Origin: Rhodospirillales bacterium
GTDB taxonomy: Bacteria > Pseudomonadota > Alphaproteobacteria > Rhodospirillales > CAMCUA01
DNA: 64,000 nt
NCBI GenBank assembly: GCA_965247705.1
Contig: CBDFHV010000084.1
Location: forward strand, 263,184 to 327,183
Direction of reading: 5' to 3'
The position numbers and the translations under genes are program-made. The first letter of the stretch is position 1. Each line of letters begins with the position of its first letter. Positions 17,897-28,079 of this stretch are shown in pieces. Under the pieces are notes generated by a model, which searched no databases, was not told the origin of the DNA, and was given only the letters and a program-made list of their open reading frames with translations.

Positions 17897-19524
17897 GGCG
17901 CCGCACTCTCGGGTGTCGTGGCCTCGGCGGTCGGGCGGACGCCGGCCATCAGCAGCCCCAGCCCTTGCTCCGTCGCCTCATCGGCCGGCACCTCGCCGAC
18001 GATGGTTCCGTCGAACATGACCAGGATGCGGTCCGACAGGCCCATGATCTCGTCCAACTCCACCGACACCAGAAGAATCGCCTTGCCGGCGTCGCGCAGG
18101 GCCACCAGGCGGCGGTGGATAAACTCGATGGCACCGATGTCGACGCCGCGGGTGGGCTGGCCGACCAGCAGGACCAGGGGGTCGCGCTCGATCTCCCGGG
18201 CCAGGACCAGTTTCTGCTGGTTGCCGCCTGAGAGGTTGGCGGTGATCTGGTGCGGGTCGGCCGGGCGGACGTCGAAGGCGCTCATCTTGCCCGCCGTGTC
18301 GTCGGAGACCGCGGTCCAGTCGAGCAGCATCGCGCGGCCGTAGCGGGCATCGTCCTGGTAGCCGAGGATGGCCGATTCGCAGGCCTCGAAGGGCATCACC
18401 AGGCCCATGCGCTGGCGGTCCTCGGGAACATGCGCCAGACCCCGGCGGCGCAGGAAATCGCTGTCCGCGGTCACCGGTTCGCCTTCCAGCAGAATCCGGC
18501 CGCCGGCGATGGGCCACAGCCCGGCCAAGGCTTCCAGAAGCTCGCTCTGCCCGTTGCCCGCGACCCCGGCGATGCCGACGATCTCGCCGGCCCTGAGGGT
18601 GAGGGAAACGTCGTGCACCCGCTCCACCCCCTGGGCGTCCCGCAAGCTCAGGTGCTCGACCGTCAGCAGATCCCCACCGGGGTGTGCCGGGCCTTTTTCG
18701 ACTCGCAGAAGCACCCGCCGCCCGACCATGAGCTCGGCCAGTTCGTCCATCGTGGTGTCCGCGGTGGGCCGATGGGCCACCATCTTGCCCTGGCGCATGA
18801 CCGACACCTGATCGGTCACCGCCATGATTTCGCGCAATTTGTGGGTGATCAGGATGACGGTCTTTCCCTGATCCTTGAGCAGGCGCAGGATGCGGAACAG
18901 GTGGTCCGCCTCCTGGGGCGTGAGCACGCCGGTGGGCTCGTCGAGGATCAGGACATCGGCGCCCCGGTAGAGGGCCTTGAGGATTTCCACCCGCTGCTGC
19001 AGGCCCACCGGCAAGTCGCCCACCAGGGCGTCCAAGGGCACCTCCAGGGCGTAGTCCCGCTCCAGCCTGGCCAGTTCCCGCTTCGCCTTGGCCACGCCCG
19101 TGGCCAGCAACGAACCGCCTTCGGCGCCCAGGATCACGTTCTCGACCACGGTGAAGGTATCGACCAGCATGAAGTGCTGGTGGACCATGCCGATGCCGGC
19201 GGCGATGGCGTCCTCGCTGCCGCGCATGGCGACCGGCCGGCCGGCGATGCGCACCTCTCCCCGGTCGGCCCGGTAGAAGCCGTAGAGGATGCTCATCAGG
19301 GTCGACTTGCCGGCCCCGTTTTCACCGACGATGCCGTGGATCGAGGCGCCGCGGACCACAAGGTTCACGTCCCGGTTGGCGTGGATGGCGCCGAAGCGCT
19401 TGTCGATGTGGCGCAGCTCGACGGCCAGCGTGCCGCCGCCCGCATCAGGCGGCGCGGCGGTGGTTTCCGCCTCCACGCGCAGCGGCTCCGGCCCGGGCGC
19501 CTGCGTCCCTATTTGACGGGGCAA
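17893..19524 (-). CDS. ABC transporter ATP-binding protein, duplicated ATPase
   Basis: two cassettes: Walker A GENGAGKST and GVAGNGQS, signatures LPVGLQQRVEI and LSGGNQQK, Walker B ILDEPT / LLVGQPTRGVD. Confidence 0.9.
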   Translation of the reverse strand: MPRQIGTQAPGPEPLRVEAETTAAPPDAGGGTLAVELRHIDKRFGAIHANRDVNLVVRGASIHGIVGENGAGKSTLMSILYGFYRADRGEVRIAGRPVAMRGSEDAIAAGIGMVHQHFMLVDTFTVVENVILGAEGGSLLATGVAKAKRELARLERDYALEVPLDALVGDLPVGLQQRVEILKALYRGADVLILDEPTGVLTPQEADHLFRILRLLKDQGKTVILITHKLREIMAVTDQVSVMRQGKMVAHRPTADTTMDELAELMVGRRVLLRVEKGPAHPGGDLLTVEHLSLRDAQGVERVHDVSLTLRAGEIVGIAGVAGNGQSELLEALAGLWPIAGGRILLEGEPVTADSDFLRRRGLAHVPEDRQRMGLVMPFEACESAILGYQDDARYGRAMLLDWTAVSDDTAGKMSAFDVRPADPHQITANLSGGNQQKLVLAREIERDPLVLLVGQPTRGVDIGAIEFIHRRLVALRDAGKAILLVSVELDEIMGLSDRILVMFDGTIVGEVPADEATEQGLGLLMAGVRPTAEATTPESAAP

Positions 19525-20516
19525 GCGCCTTGGGCGATGTAGTCGTGCACCTTGATGGCACCGGATTTGATGCCCGCGGCGGCCTTGTCCGCGGCAGATT
19601 GCATGTCCGGCGTGATCAGCGCCTTGTTGTGTTCATCCACGGCCCAGCCGACGCCGTCCTCCTTGAGTCCGAGGACCTGTAGACCGGGCTTCCAAGCGTC
19701 CTTTCGCGCCGAATCGAACACCTGGTAGGCGGCCACGTCGACCCGCTTCAACATCGACGTGAGCACTTTGCCCGGATGGAGGTGGTTCTGGTTGGAATCG
19801 ACGCCGATGCCCAGCTTGCCCGCGTCGGCGGCCGCTTGCAGGACGCCCAGGCCGGTGCCGCCGGCCGCGTGGTAGACAACCTCGGCCCCGCGGTCGAACT
19901 GGGACTTGGCCAATTCGCCACCCTTGACGGGATCGTTCCAGGCTGCGCCGGTGGTGCCGGTCATGTTCTGGTACACCTGGATGCCCGGACTGGCGTGACG
20001 GGCCCCCAGGACGTAGCCGCAGGCGAACTTGCGGATCAAGGGAACGTCCATGCCGCCGACGAAGCCGATCTTGCCGCCCTTGGCCGCCATCGCCGCCAGG
20101 ATGCCGACGATGAACGAGCCTTCGTGCTCCTTGAATACGATCGATTGCACGTTGGGCAGATCGACCACCGAATCGATGATGGAGAACCGGGTCTTCGGGA
20201 ACTCCGGGGCCACTTTCTGGACCGCCGACGCGTGCTGGAAGCCCACCGCCAGGATCGGGTCGTGCCCCCTACGCGCGAAGTTGCGCAGCGCCTGCACCCG
20301 CTGGGAATCGTTCTGGACCTCGAACTCCCGGAAGTCGATTCCGGTGTCGGTCTTGAACTTCTGGGCGCCGTTGAAGACCCCCTCGTTGAAGGACTTGTCG
20401 AATTTGCCGCCGAGATCGTAGACGACTCCCGGTTTGATGTCGGCCGCCGTCGCGGAACCGAGGGCGAAGCAGGTTGCCGCTATCGCGGCGAGGAGCAGGT
20501 GTTTCATCTGTCGCAA
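19509..20516 (-). CDS. BMP-family (PnrA/Med-like) ABC substrate-binding protein
   Basis: signal peptide then VYDLGGKFDKSFNEG, typical of the basic-membrane-protein nucleoside binders. Confidence 0.9.
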   Translation of the reverse strand: MRQMKHLLLAAIAATCFALGSATAADIKPGVVYDLGGKFDKSFNEGVFNGAQKFKTDTGIDFREFEVQNDSQRVQALRNFARRGHDPILAVGFQHASAVQKVAPEFPKTRFSIIDSVVDLPNVQSIVFKEHEGSFIVGILAAMAAKGGKIGFVGGMDVPLIRKFACGYVLGARHASPGIQVYQNMTGTTGAAWNDPVKGGELAKSQFDRGAEVVYHAAGGTGLGVLQAAADAGKLGIGVDSNQNHLHPGKVLTSMLKRVDVAAYQVFDSARKDAWKPGLQVLGLKEDGVGWAVDEHNKALITPDMQSAADKAAAGIKSGAIKVHDYIAQGACPVK

Positions 20517-20635
20517 CTCCCTGTGTGATCATGGGCACCCGTGGGCACCGCATGATACACTCTTTCGCGACCGTCAAGCAGGGACGGCAACGGAAGGTCG
20601 GATTGGCGTCCGACCGGCAATGAGGAGGTTTTATC

Positions 20636-22147
20636 ATGAACGCATGGAGGGGGCTGGCCGCGACTGCATTGGCCGGCGTTTTGTTCCTGGCAGCGTCCGC
20701 GGTGCAAGCCGAGCCGACGAAATTCACCTTTCTCCACACCAACGACGTTTACGAGATCGCGCCCAAGCGCGGGCAGGGGGGCTTCGCGCCGTTGATGACG
20801 CTTTTGAAGCGCGAGCGGGCTGCTTCGGCCAACAGCTTCACCACGTTCGGCGGCGACCTGTTCTCGCCGTCGGTCATGTCGGGCCTGACCAAGGGCAGCC
20901 AGATGGTGGAACTGATGAACGCCATCGGCACCGATATCGCGGTGGTGGGCAATCACGAATACGACTTCGGCCCCGAGGTGGCGGCCCGCAACTTCGCCGC
21001 GTCCAAGTTTCCCTGGCTGGGCGCCAACGTCCTTGGCGCCGACGGCAAGCCTGTGGGCGGACTGATCGCCTCCCGGGTGATGGAGAAGGGCGGCTTCAAG
21101 GTCGGCTTTTTCGGGGTGATCACGGCTGAAACCGATGTCCTGTCGTCGCCGGGTCCCGGCATCAAATTCGCCGACGTTATGGAAACGGCGAAGCAGGCCG
21201 TCGCCGACCTCAAGGCCCAGGGCGCCGAACTGATCGTCGCGCTGACCCATCTGGATATCGCCGATGACCGAGCGCTGGCCTCGGGCGTACGGGGCATTCA
21301 CCTGATTCTCGGCGGCCATGACCACGACCCCATTACCTTCTACGAAGGTGGCGTGGCGATCCTCAAGGCCGGCTACGACGCTCACTACCTGGGGGCGATC
21401 GACCTGCATGTGGAGTGGGTCGAACGGCGGGGCAAGAAGTCCTTGTCGGTGCGGCCCGAATGGCGCCTGGTCTCCACCGCCGGGGTGACTCCGGACGCCG
21501 GCATCCAGGCCATCGTCGACAAGCACACCGGCAAACTCGACAAGGAGCTTGGCGTGGTCATCGGCAAGACCTCGGTCGAGCTTGACACCCGCCGCTCCAG
21601 CGTTCGCACCATGGAGACTACCGCCGGCAACCTGATCGCCGAGGCCATGCGCCAGGGCGTCGGCGCCGACGTGGGACTGACCAACGGCGGCGGTATCCGG
21701 GGCGACCGCACCTACGCCGCCGGCACCGAGCTTACCCGCAAGGACATCCTTACCGAGCTGCCATTCGGCAACGTGACGGTTCTGATGGAGCTCTCGGGGG
21801 CCGATCTGAAAGCGGCCCTGGAAAACGGGGTGTCCCGGGTGGAGGACAAGGCGGGCCGTTTCCCCCAAATCGCCGGCATGACCTTCGTCTACGACCCCAA
21901 AGCGTCCCAGGGCAACCGGGTGGTCGAGGTGAAGGTCGGCGGCGCGCCCCTGGACCCGGCCAAGACCTACAAGATCGCCACCAACGACTACATGGCCGGC
22001 GGCGGCGACGGCTACGCGGCGCTGAAAAAGGGCAAAGTCCTGATCGATGCCTCCGGCGCCACCCTGATGGCGACCACGGTCATGAACCACATCCAGGCCC
22101 AGGGGACGGTGGCGCCAAAGGTCGACGGCCGCACCAAAGCCAAGTAA
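20636..22147 (+). CDS. secreted 5'-nucleotidase / metallophosphoesterase (UshA-like)
   Basis: signal peptide ...ASAVQA; LHTNDVYE, GGDLFSPS, GNHEYDFG, LGGHDHD motifs; C-terminal 5'-nucleotidase domain (NGGGIRGD). Confidence 0.9.
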   Translation: MNAWRGLAATALAGVLFLAASAVQAEPTKFTFLHTNDVYEIAPKRGQGGFAPLMTLLKRERAASANSFTTFGGDLFSPSVMSGLTKGSQMVELMNAIGTDIAVVGNHEYDFGPEVAARNFAASKFPWLGANVLGADGKPVGGLIASRVMEKGGFKVGFFGVITAETDVLSSPGPGIKFADVMETAKQAVADLKAQGAELIVALTHLDIADDRALASGVRGIHLILGGHDHDPITFYEGGVAILKAGYDAHYLGAIDLHVEWVERRGKKSLSVRPEWRLVSTAGVTPDAGIQAIVDKHTGKLDKELGVVIGKTSVELDTRRSSVRTMETTAGNLIAEAMRQGVGADVGLTNGGGIRGDRTYAAGTELTRKDILTELPFGNVTVLMELSGADLKAALENGVSRVEDKAGRFPQIAGMTFVYDPKASQGNRVVEVKVGGAPLDPAKTYKIATNDYMAGGGDGYAALKKGKVLIDASGATLMATTVMNHIQAQGTVAPKVDGRTKAK

Positions 22148-22228
22148 CGCTTCCGCGCGGCCAACTGCTATCGACGATCCCGGGAGCGGCATGCCGTTCC
22201 CGGGATCAAGCGTTTCGGGGGGACCATA

Positions 22229-22939
22229 ATGCTCAACGTCAAGGACCGGGTGGCCATGGTCTCGGGGGCCAACCGGGGCATCGGCCGGGCCATCGCCCTT
22301 CGCCTCCATGGGGACGGCTACCGGCTAAGCCTGGGAACCCGCAAACCGGAGGCCCTGGATTCGACCCTGCGGGGGGATCCGGAGAGGGTCCTGATCGTCC
22401 CCTACGATGCCACCAGGCCCGCCGACGCCGATGCCTGGGTGGCCGCCACGGTGGATCGGTTCGGCCGCATCGACACCCTGGTGAACAATGCGGGCATCGT
22501 ACAGCTCCTTTCCGTCGAAAAGGCCACCGAGGCGGACCTGGACGAAATCTATGCGGTCAACGTGAGAGGCCCTTTCCTCCTCACCCAGAAGGCCTTTCCC
22601 CATCTCAAGCGTTGCGGGACCGGCCGTATCGTCAACATGGCGTCCCTGGGTGGGCTACGGGTCAAAGGAGCACCGGCGACCTATTCCATGACCAAATTCG
22701 CCGTCATGGCCATGACCCACGCCACCCGCTTCGCCGGCTGGGAGCACGGCGTTCGGGTCACCGCCATCTGCCCAGGGCCGGTGAATACGGACATGATGGC
22801 CGGCCGGGCGCCGGTGTCGGATGCGGACATGACCCAGCCCGAAACCATCGCCGAGTTGGTGGCGCAAGCCCTGCGCCTGCCCAACAACGCCTCGGTGGCG
22901 TTCATCCCGATCAACTGCGTGCTGGAAGACACCGTCTGA
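22229..22939 (+). CDS. SDR-family oxidoreductase
   Basis: VSGANRGIGRAIA, NNAG, YSMTKFA motifs. Confidence 0.85.
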   Translation: MLNVKDRVAMVSGANRGIGRAIALRLHGDGYRLSLGTRKPEALDSTLRGDPERVLIVPYDATRPADADAWVAATVDRFGRIDTLVNNAGIVQLLSVEKATEADLDEIYAVNVRGPFLLTQKAFPHLKRCGTGRIVNMASLGGLRVKGAPATYSMTKFAVMAMTHATRFAGWEHGVRVTAICPGPVNTDMMAGRAPVSDADMTQPETIAELVAQALRLPNNASVAFIPINCVLEDTV

Positions 22940-22983
22940 CGAAAGCCACGAGCACGCACCCTTCTGCCCCATGCGCGCAAAGC

Positions 22984-23060
22984 GGGCGGGTCTGAGACCC
23001 GCCCCTACGCAAGTAAATTTCACATTCCTGCGGGCGTAGGGGCCGGTCTGAGACCGGCCC
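22984..23060. repeat. pair of REP-like hairpins between convergent genes (likely bidirectional terminator region)
   Basis: GGGCGGGTC-TGA-GACCCGCCC (22984-23004) and GGGCCGGTC-TGA-GACCGGCCC (23040-23060); GCCCCTACGC/GCGTAGGGGC can also pair; same 21-mer recurs at 53770-53790. Confidence 0.7.
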
Positions 23061-23107
23061 GCCTCGGGCGTCACGGCGGCGGGTGTGCGGGATCGAATCG
23101 CGTTCCC

Positions 23108-23890
23108 CTATTGGGCCGTCCAGCCGCCGTCCATGGTCATGGTGCTGCCGGTGATCTGGTCGGCGGCGGGCGAACAGAGGAACCGCACCAGGGAGGTCAC
23201 GTTGTCGATGGTGACGAACTGGCCGGAGGGCTGTTTTTCGCTGAGCAGGCGCCGCGCGGCTTCCTCGACGGTGGTCCCCTCGGCCTCGGACCGGGCCTCG
23301 ATCTGGCGCTCCACCAGGGGCGTTCGCACCCAGCCGGGGGCGAAGGCGTTGCAGGTGATGCCGCTGCCCGCGGTCTCCAGGGCCACCACCTTGGTCAGCC
23401 CGACGATGCCGTGCTTGGCGGCGACGTAGGCCGCCTTCTCCACCGACGCCACCAGCCCGTGGACCGAAGCGGTGTTGACGATGCGGCCCCAGCCGCGGCT
23501 CTTCATGCCGGGCAGCACCGCGCGGATGGCGTGAAAAGCCGCCGACAGGTTGATGGCAATGATGGCGTTCCAGCGGTCGACGGGGAAGTCATCCACGGGC
23601 GCGGTGTGCTGAATGCCGGCGTTGTTGACCAGGATGTCCACCGCGCCGAAGTCCCGCTCGGCGGTGGCGACCAGATCGGCGATCTGGTCACCGTCGGACA
23701 TGTCCGCCCCATGGTAGAGGGCGCGGACGCCGAACGTCGTCGCGATGTCGGCGCGCTGACGTTCGATTTCATCGGCGTCGCCGAAGCCGTTCAACATCAC
23801 GTCGGCCCCGGATTCGGCCAGGGACCGGGCGATGCCGAGCCCAATCCCGCTGGTGGAGCCGGTGACGACGGCGCGCTTGCCCTGAAGCAT
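23108..23890 (-). CDS. bdhA: 3-hydroxybutyrate dehydrogenase
   Basis: 260 aa; VTGSTSGIGLGIA, end-to-end resemblance to rhizobial BdhA including C-terminal ITG...MDGGWTAQ. Confidence 0.9.
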   Translation of the reverse strand: MLQGKRAVVTGSTSGIGLGIARSLAESGADVMLNGFGDADEIERQRADIATTFGVRALYHGADMSDGDQIADLVATAERDFGAVDILVNNAGIQHTAPVDDFPVDRWNAIIAINLSAAFHAIRAVLPGMKSRGWGRIVNTASVHGLVASVEKAAYVAAKHGIVGLTKVVALETAGSGITCNAFAPGWVRTPLVERQIEARSEAEGTTVEEAARRLLSEKQPSGQFVTIDNVTSLVRFLCSPAADQITGSTMTMDGGWTAQ

Positions 23891-24039
23891 CTTGGACTAT
23901 CCCTTCCAGATGGAACGGCGGACGCTACCACGGGGCTCTCGCTTCGGCCATCGAGGGCTTGAGCCCGTCGGCCCAGGTGCCCGTTTGACAGCCAACCATG
24001 CGCCCGCGACACTCGCCGGCGTCCAGGGGCGGGGAAATC

Positions 24040-25305
24040 ATGCCAGACAGTAACGGCGCCGCGGCGCCGCGGCCTTCGACGGCGTGGCTGGCATTCCGGG
24101 TCTTCCTGCCCTTCGCCGCCGGCTACTTCCTGTCCTACATGTTCCGCACCGTGAACGCCGTGATCGCGCCCCGTCTGGTGGCCGACGTGGGATTGAGCGC
24201 CACCGACCTGGGCCTGATGACCTCGGCCTATTTTTTGAGCTTCGCCGCCTTCCAGATCCCGCTTGGCGTGCTGCTGGACCGCTATGGCCCGCGGCGGGCC
24301 CAGGCGGTGCTGTTGGTGGTGGCCGGGGTTGGGGCGGCGCTGTTCTCCATCGGCGAGAGCCGGGATGCCTTGCTGGTCGCCCGGGCGCTGATCGGGTTCG
24401 GCGTGTCGGGCGGCCTGATGGCGTCGTTCAAGGCCATCACGCTGTGGTTCGACCAGCGCCGCTGGCCGGTGGTCAACGGCTTTATCCTCGGCACCGGCGG
24501 CGTCGGCGCCATGACCGCCACCAAGCCGGTGGAGTTGATGCTTGGCATCACCGACTGGCGAGGGGTGTTCCTGATCCTCTGCGTTGCCTGCTTCGCCGTG
24601 TCACTGTTCATCGCCATCGTGGTGCCGGAGCGGCAGGCCGAGGGCCGCCCTAGCACCCTGGGCGAGCAACTGCGGGGCGTCGGCAGCGTCTTCAAGGACC
24701 GGCTGTTCTGGCGCCTGACCCCGGTCTGCGCGCTGACCGGCGGCGGCGGGTTGGCGATCCACGGCCTGTGGTCCGGGCCCTGGTTGCGCGACGTGGGCGG
24801 GTTCGACGAAACGGGCGTCGCCAACCGCCTGCTGGCGCTGAGCGCGGTGATGACCGTTGGCTTCGTCGCCAGCGGCATCGTCGCCAACCAACTGGTGCGC
24901 CGCGGCCTGACCCTGACCCAGGTGATGGCCGGCGGCATGGTGCTGTTCATCCTGTCCCAGGCGGCCATCGTCTTTCAGGTCGACCCGACGGGGATGTGGC
25001 ATTGGGTCGGCTTCGGCCTCACCAACCACATGGCGATCCTCGCCTATCCGGTGCTGTCGGCCCACTTTCCCGAGGGCTTCGCCGGGCGCAGCAACACGGC
25101 CATCAACATGATCACTTTCTGCGTCGCCTTCGCCAGCCAGAGTTTCGTCGGCGCCGTCCTCGACCTGTGGCCGACCACGGCGGACGGCGGCTACGCGCAG
25201 GAGGGCTACATGGCGTCCTTCGGCATCATCTTGGCCCTACAGGTGGTGGCCTTCGCCTGGCTCCTGCTGGACGGCCGCCGCGGCACGCGCCGGGACCCCG
25301 CCTGA
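24040..25305 (+). CDS. MFS transporter
   Basis: about 12 predicted TM segments; start set at ATG 24040 (track ORF starts at 23998). Confidence 0.8.
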   Translation: MPDSNGAAAPRPSTAWLAFRVFLPFAAGYFLSYMFRTVNAVIAPRLVADVGLSATDLGLMTSAYFLSFAAFQIPLGVLLDRYGPRRAQAVLLVVAGVGAALFSIGESRDALLVARALIGFGVSGGLMASFKAITLWFDQRRWPVVNGFILGTGGVGAMTATKPVELMLGITDWRGVFLILCVACFAVSLFIAIVVPERQAEGRPSTLGEQLRGVGSVFKDRLFWRLTPVCALTGGGGLAIHGLWSGPWLRDVGGFDETGVANRLLALSAVMTVGFVASGIVANQLVRRGLTLTQVMAGGMVLFILSQAAIVFQVDPTGMWHWVGFGLTNHMAILAYPVLSAHFPEGFAGRSNTAINMITFCVAFASQSFVGAVLDLWPTTADGGYAQEGYMASFGIILALQVVAFAWLLLDGRRGTRRDPA

Positions 25306-25307
25306 AA

Positions 25308-26249
25308 TCAGTTCTCAGGCGCCGGCACGACGCCGGTCTGTTGGGTGATCAGCCCGTAGTGTTCGATGCGCCGGTGCCTTGCGAAGTCGAAAATGGTGCG
25401 TCGGATGTAGTCGCCGAGATCCAGGTCGCATTCGTGGACTATCACCTCGTCCGCCTCGCTGGTGGCCTGGGCGACGATCTCCCCCGTCGGGGCGACGATG
25501 CAGCTGCCGCCGAAGAGGCCGAACCCGTCCTCACGGCCGGCCTTGGCCGTGCCCACCACCCACAGGCCGTTCTGATAGGCCGCCGCCTGCATGGACAGGT
25601 GGTGGTGGAACATCCGCAAGTGAAGGGGCTCGTCGTGATGGATGTTGGTGGTCGGCGTGTTGTAGCCGAGGACCACCATCTCCGCGCCCTTGAGCGCCAT
25701 CACCCGGAAAGTCTCCGGCCAGCGGCGGTCATTGCAGATGCACATGCCGGTGATGGTGTCCATGGTCCGCCATACGGGGAACCCCAGGTTGCCGACCTCG
25801 AAGTACCGTTTCTCCAGATGCTGGAACGGGGCGTCGGGCAGGTGCTCCGTAATGCCGGGTAAGTGAACCTTGCGGTACTTGCCGACAATCTTGCCGGCCT
25901 TGTCGACCAGAATGGCGGCGTTGTAGCGGTGAAGGGCGCCGTCTTCCTCGATCAATTCGGCGTATCCCAGGTGGAACCCGACGCCCAGCCGGGCGGCCTC
26001 GGAAAACAGCGGCTGGGTCTCGTTGCTGGGCATGCTGCGCTCGAAGAAAGCGTCCACCTCCTCCTGGTCTTCCATCCAGTAGCGGGGGAAGAAGGTGGTC
26101 AGGGTAAGCTCCGGGAACACCACCAGTTCGGCGCCGTAGCCATGGGCCTCGCGCAGCAGCGCGATCAGCCGCTCGACGACGCTGGCCCGGTCGTCGCTCA
26201 GATGGATGGGGCCCATCTGGGCCGCCGCTACCCGAATCGCTCGCGCCAT
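25308..26249 (-). CDS. N-carbamoyl-D-amino-acid hydrolase (nitrilase superfamily)
   Basis: 313 aa from ATG 26249 (MARAIRVAAAQMGP...); FPELTLTTFFPRYW, KYRKVHLPG, CICNDRRWPE (catalytic Cys) closely resemble Agrobacterium D-carbamoylase. Confidence 0.9.
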   Translation of the reverse strand: MARAIRVAAAQMGPIHLSDDRASVVERLIALLREAHGYGAELVVFPELTLTTFFPRYWMEDQEEVDAFFERSMPSNETQPLFSEAARLGVGFHLGYAELIEEDGALHRYNAAILVDKAGKIVGKYRKVHLPGITEHLPDAPFQHLEKRYFEVGNLGFPVWRTMDTITGMCICNDRRWPETFRVMALKGAEMVVLGYNTPTTNIHHDEPLHLRMFHHHLSMQAAAYQNGLWVVGTAKAGREDGFGLFGGSCIVAPTGEIVAQATSEADEVIVHECDLDLGDYIRRTIFDFARHRRIEHYGLITQQTGVVPAPEN

Positions 26250-26260
26250 GCCATCGCTCC

Positions 26261-27727
26261 TCAACTCAGGATGTTCGCCCCGAAGTTCCGTGCCGGGTCC
26301 ACCTCCGGCTCCAGGCGGCCCAGGGGCCGGGCCATTGGCGGCGGATCGCACGGCAGGAACGTCCCCGACCCCCGTTCGACCTTGAGGTCCCCGTCCTCGA
26401 CCACCACCCGGCCCCGGCTGATCACGGTGATCGGCCAGCCGGTGACGGTGCGGCCCTCGTAGGGCGTGTAGCCCACGTCGTCGTGCATGACATCGGCGCT
26501 GAGGGTGACTTTCCGCACGGGATCCCAAAGCGCGATGTCGGCGTCCGACCCCACGGCGATGGCGCCCTTGCGGGGATGCAGCCCATAGAGCTTCGCCGCG
26601 TTGGTCGCGGCCAGGGAAACGAAGCGCTGCAGATCGATCCGCCCCGTGCCCACGCCCTCGGAAAAGAGCAGGGGCAGCCGCGTCTCGAGGCCGGGCACCC
26701 CATTGGGGACTTCCTTGAACGAGGGATTGGGGCCCTTCGCCAACTTGCCCGTGTCGTCGTAGCGAAAGGGTGCGTGATCCGACGAAAAAACCTGGAAGGT
26801 GCCGTTCTGGATGCCCCGCCAGATGGCTTCCTGGGACTGGGCGTCGCGGGGCGGCGGGCTGCAGCACATCATGGCGCCCTCACTGCCCGGCAGGTCCAGG
26901 TCCTCGGCGGTGAGGAACAGATACTGGGGGCAGGTCTCGCCATAGATCCTCAGGCCCGCCGCCTGGGCCTGTCGGATATGGTCGGTGGCCTCGCCGCTGG
27001 AGACGTGGACGACCAGCAGCGGCACGTCCATCAGCCGCGACAGGGAGATGGCCCGGTGGGTGGCCTCGCCCTCGGCGATGCGGGGATGGCTCATGGCGTG
27101 GTAGCGGGGTTCCCGGTGGCCGGCGGCCAGCAGCCGGTCGCTGATCCAGCGGATGGCGTCGTCGTTCTCCGCATGCACCATGACCATGGCGCCTTCCCGA
27201 CGGGCGACCGACAGAATGTCGAGCAATTGGTAGTCGCTGATCTTCATCATCTCGTAGGTCATGTAGACCTTGAACGAGGTGTAGCCGTCCTTGATCAGCG
27301 CCGGCAGTTCCTGCCCCAGGACCTGCTCGGTGGGGTCGGAGACGATCAGGTGGAAGGCATAGTCGATCACCGCCTTGGGCCCCGCCCGTTGGTGGTAGTC
27401 CTGGACCACGGCGCGCAGGGACTGACCCCGGTGCTGGGCGGCGAAGGGGATGATGGTGGTGGTGCCGCCGAAGGCGGCGGAAACCGTGGCGCTATAGAAA
27501 TCGTCGGCGCACATGATGCCGGACCCGGAGACTTGCTCCACGTGGCAGTGGCTGTCAATGCCGCCGGGCAGGACGAGAAGCCCCGAAGCATCGATGATGC
27601 GCTCGCCGTCCTCCAGCTTATCGGCCAGGGCGGCGATGCGCCCGTCCTTGATGCCGACGTCGCAGACCGTGTTGTCCGACGCGGTAGCCACGGTGCCGCC
27701 CCGGATAATGAGATCGAAATCGGTCAT
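26261..27727 (-). CDS. D-hydantoinase / dihydropyrimidinase
   Basis: 488 aa; DLIIRGGTV, PGGIDSHCHVEQ metal-binding motif, amidohydrolase fold. Confidence 0.9.
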   Translation of the reverse strand: MTDFDLIIRGGTVATASDNTVCDVGIKDGRIAALADKLEDGERIIDASGLLVLPGGIDSHCHVEQVSGSGIMCADDFYSATVSAAFGGTTTIIPFAAQHRGQSLRAVVQDYHQRAGPKAVIDYAFHLIVSDPTEQVLGQELPALIKDGYTSFKVYMTYEMMKISDYQLLDILSVARREGAMVMVHAENDDAIRWISDRLLAAGHREPRYHAMSHPRIAEGEATHRAISLSRLMDVPLLVVHVSSGEATDHIRQAQAAGLRIYGETCPQYLFLTAEDLDLPGSEGAMMCCSPPPRDAQSQEAIWRGIQNGTFQVFSSDHAPFRYDDTGKLAKGPNPSFKEVPNGVPGLETRLPLLFSEGVGTGRIDLQRFVSLAATNAAKLYGLHPRKGAIAVGSDADIALWDPVRKVTLSADVMHDDVGYTPYEGRTVTGWPITVISRGRVVVEDGDLKVERGSGTFLPCDPPPMARPLGRLEPEVDPARNFGANILS

Positions 27728-27827
27728 GGTGCGGAACCGCCCCCCAAGCTGGCCTCTCCGGTCTTGTCGCAGGTTAAGTCGCGTCCCGTTCCGGAGTCCA
27801 GGGCCGGGTCCTATACGGTTGTCAAGC

Positions 27828-28079
27828 TCACCGGCGCCCGCGCAGCATGCGCCACAGGTAGGTGATCCCCCACAAGGGCACCACCACGACAGCGCCCACT
27901 ACCACATAGGTCATGGCATCGCCCAGGACCGACACACTCCACTCGAAGAGATCCCTCGCCAGGCCGACAAGATCGTTAAGAAGGGTGGTGGGATCCACGT
28001 TCAGCCACGTCAGCAACAGCCCGACGATCAGCGACGCGATCAGAATCTTGACGATGGTGCCGAAGGTGATGCGGGGCAT
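27828..28079 (-). CDS. small membrane protein, function unknown
   Basis: 83 aa, two hydrophobic segments, basic C-terminus (WRMLRGRR); family assignment not certain. Confidence 0.5.
   Translation of the reverse strand: MPRITFGTIVKILIASLIVGLLLTWLNVDPTTLLNDLVGLARDLFEWSVSVLGDAMTYVVVGAVVVVPLWGITYLWRMLRGRR

Noticed and set aside
15205-19542. Long plus-strand ORFs 15205-16899, 16607-18343 and 18250-19542
   Set aside because: They are antisense to the permease and ATPase genes of the nucleoside transporter. They are Arg/Gly/Pro/His/Asp-rich with no domain signatures.
20504-22309. 601-aa minus-strand ORF
   Set aside because: It is antisense to the well-supported 5'-nucleotidase gene and has shadow-ORF composition.
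25308-26867. 519-aa version of the carbamoylase ORF, and similar over-extensions at 12561-14213, 14619-15656, 15416-16153, 36919-37851, 40536-41144, 44032-45765, 55613-57325 and 61478-62689
   Set aside because: The N-terminal extensions overlap the upstream gene, are Arg/Pro/Gly-rich, and precede internal starts that match family N-termini, RBS motifs or stop/start overlaps.
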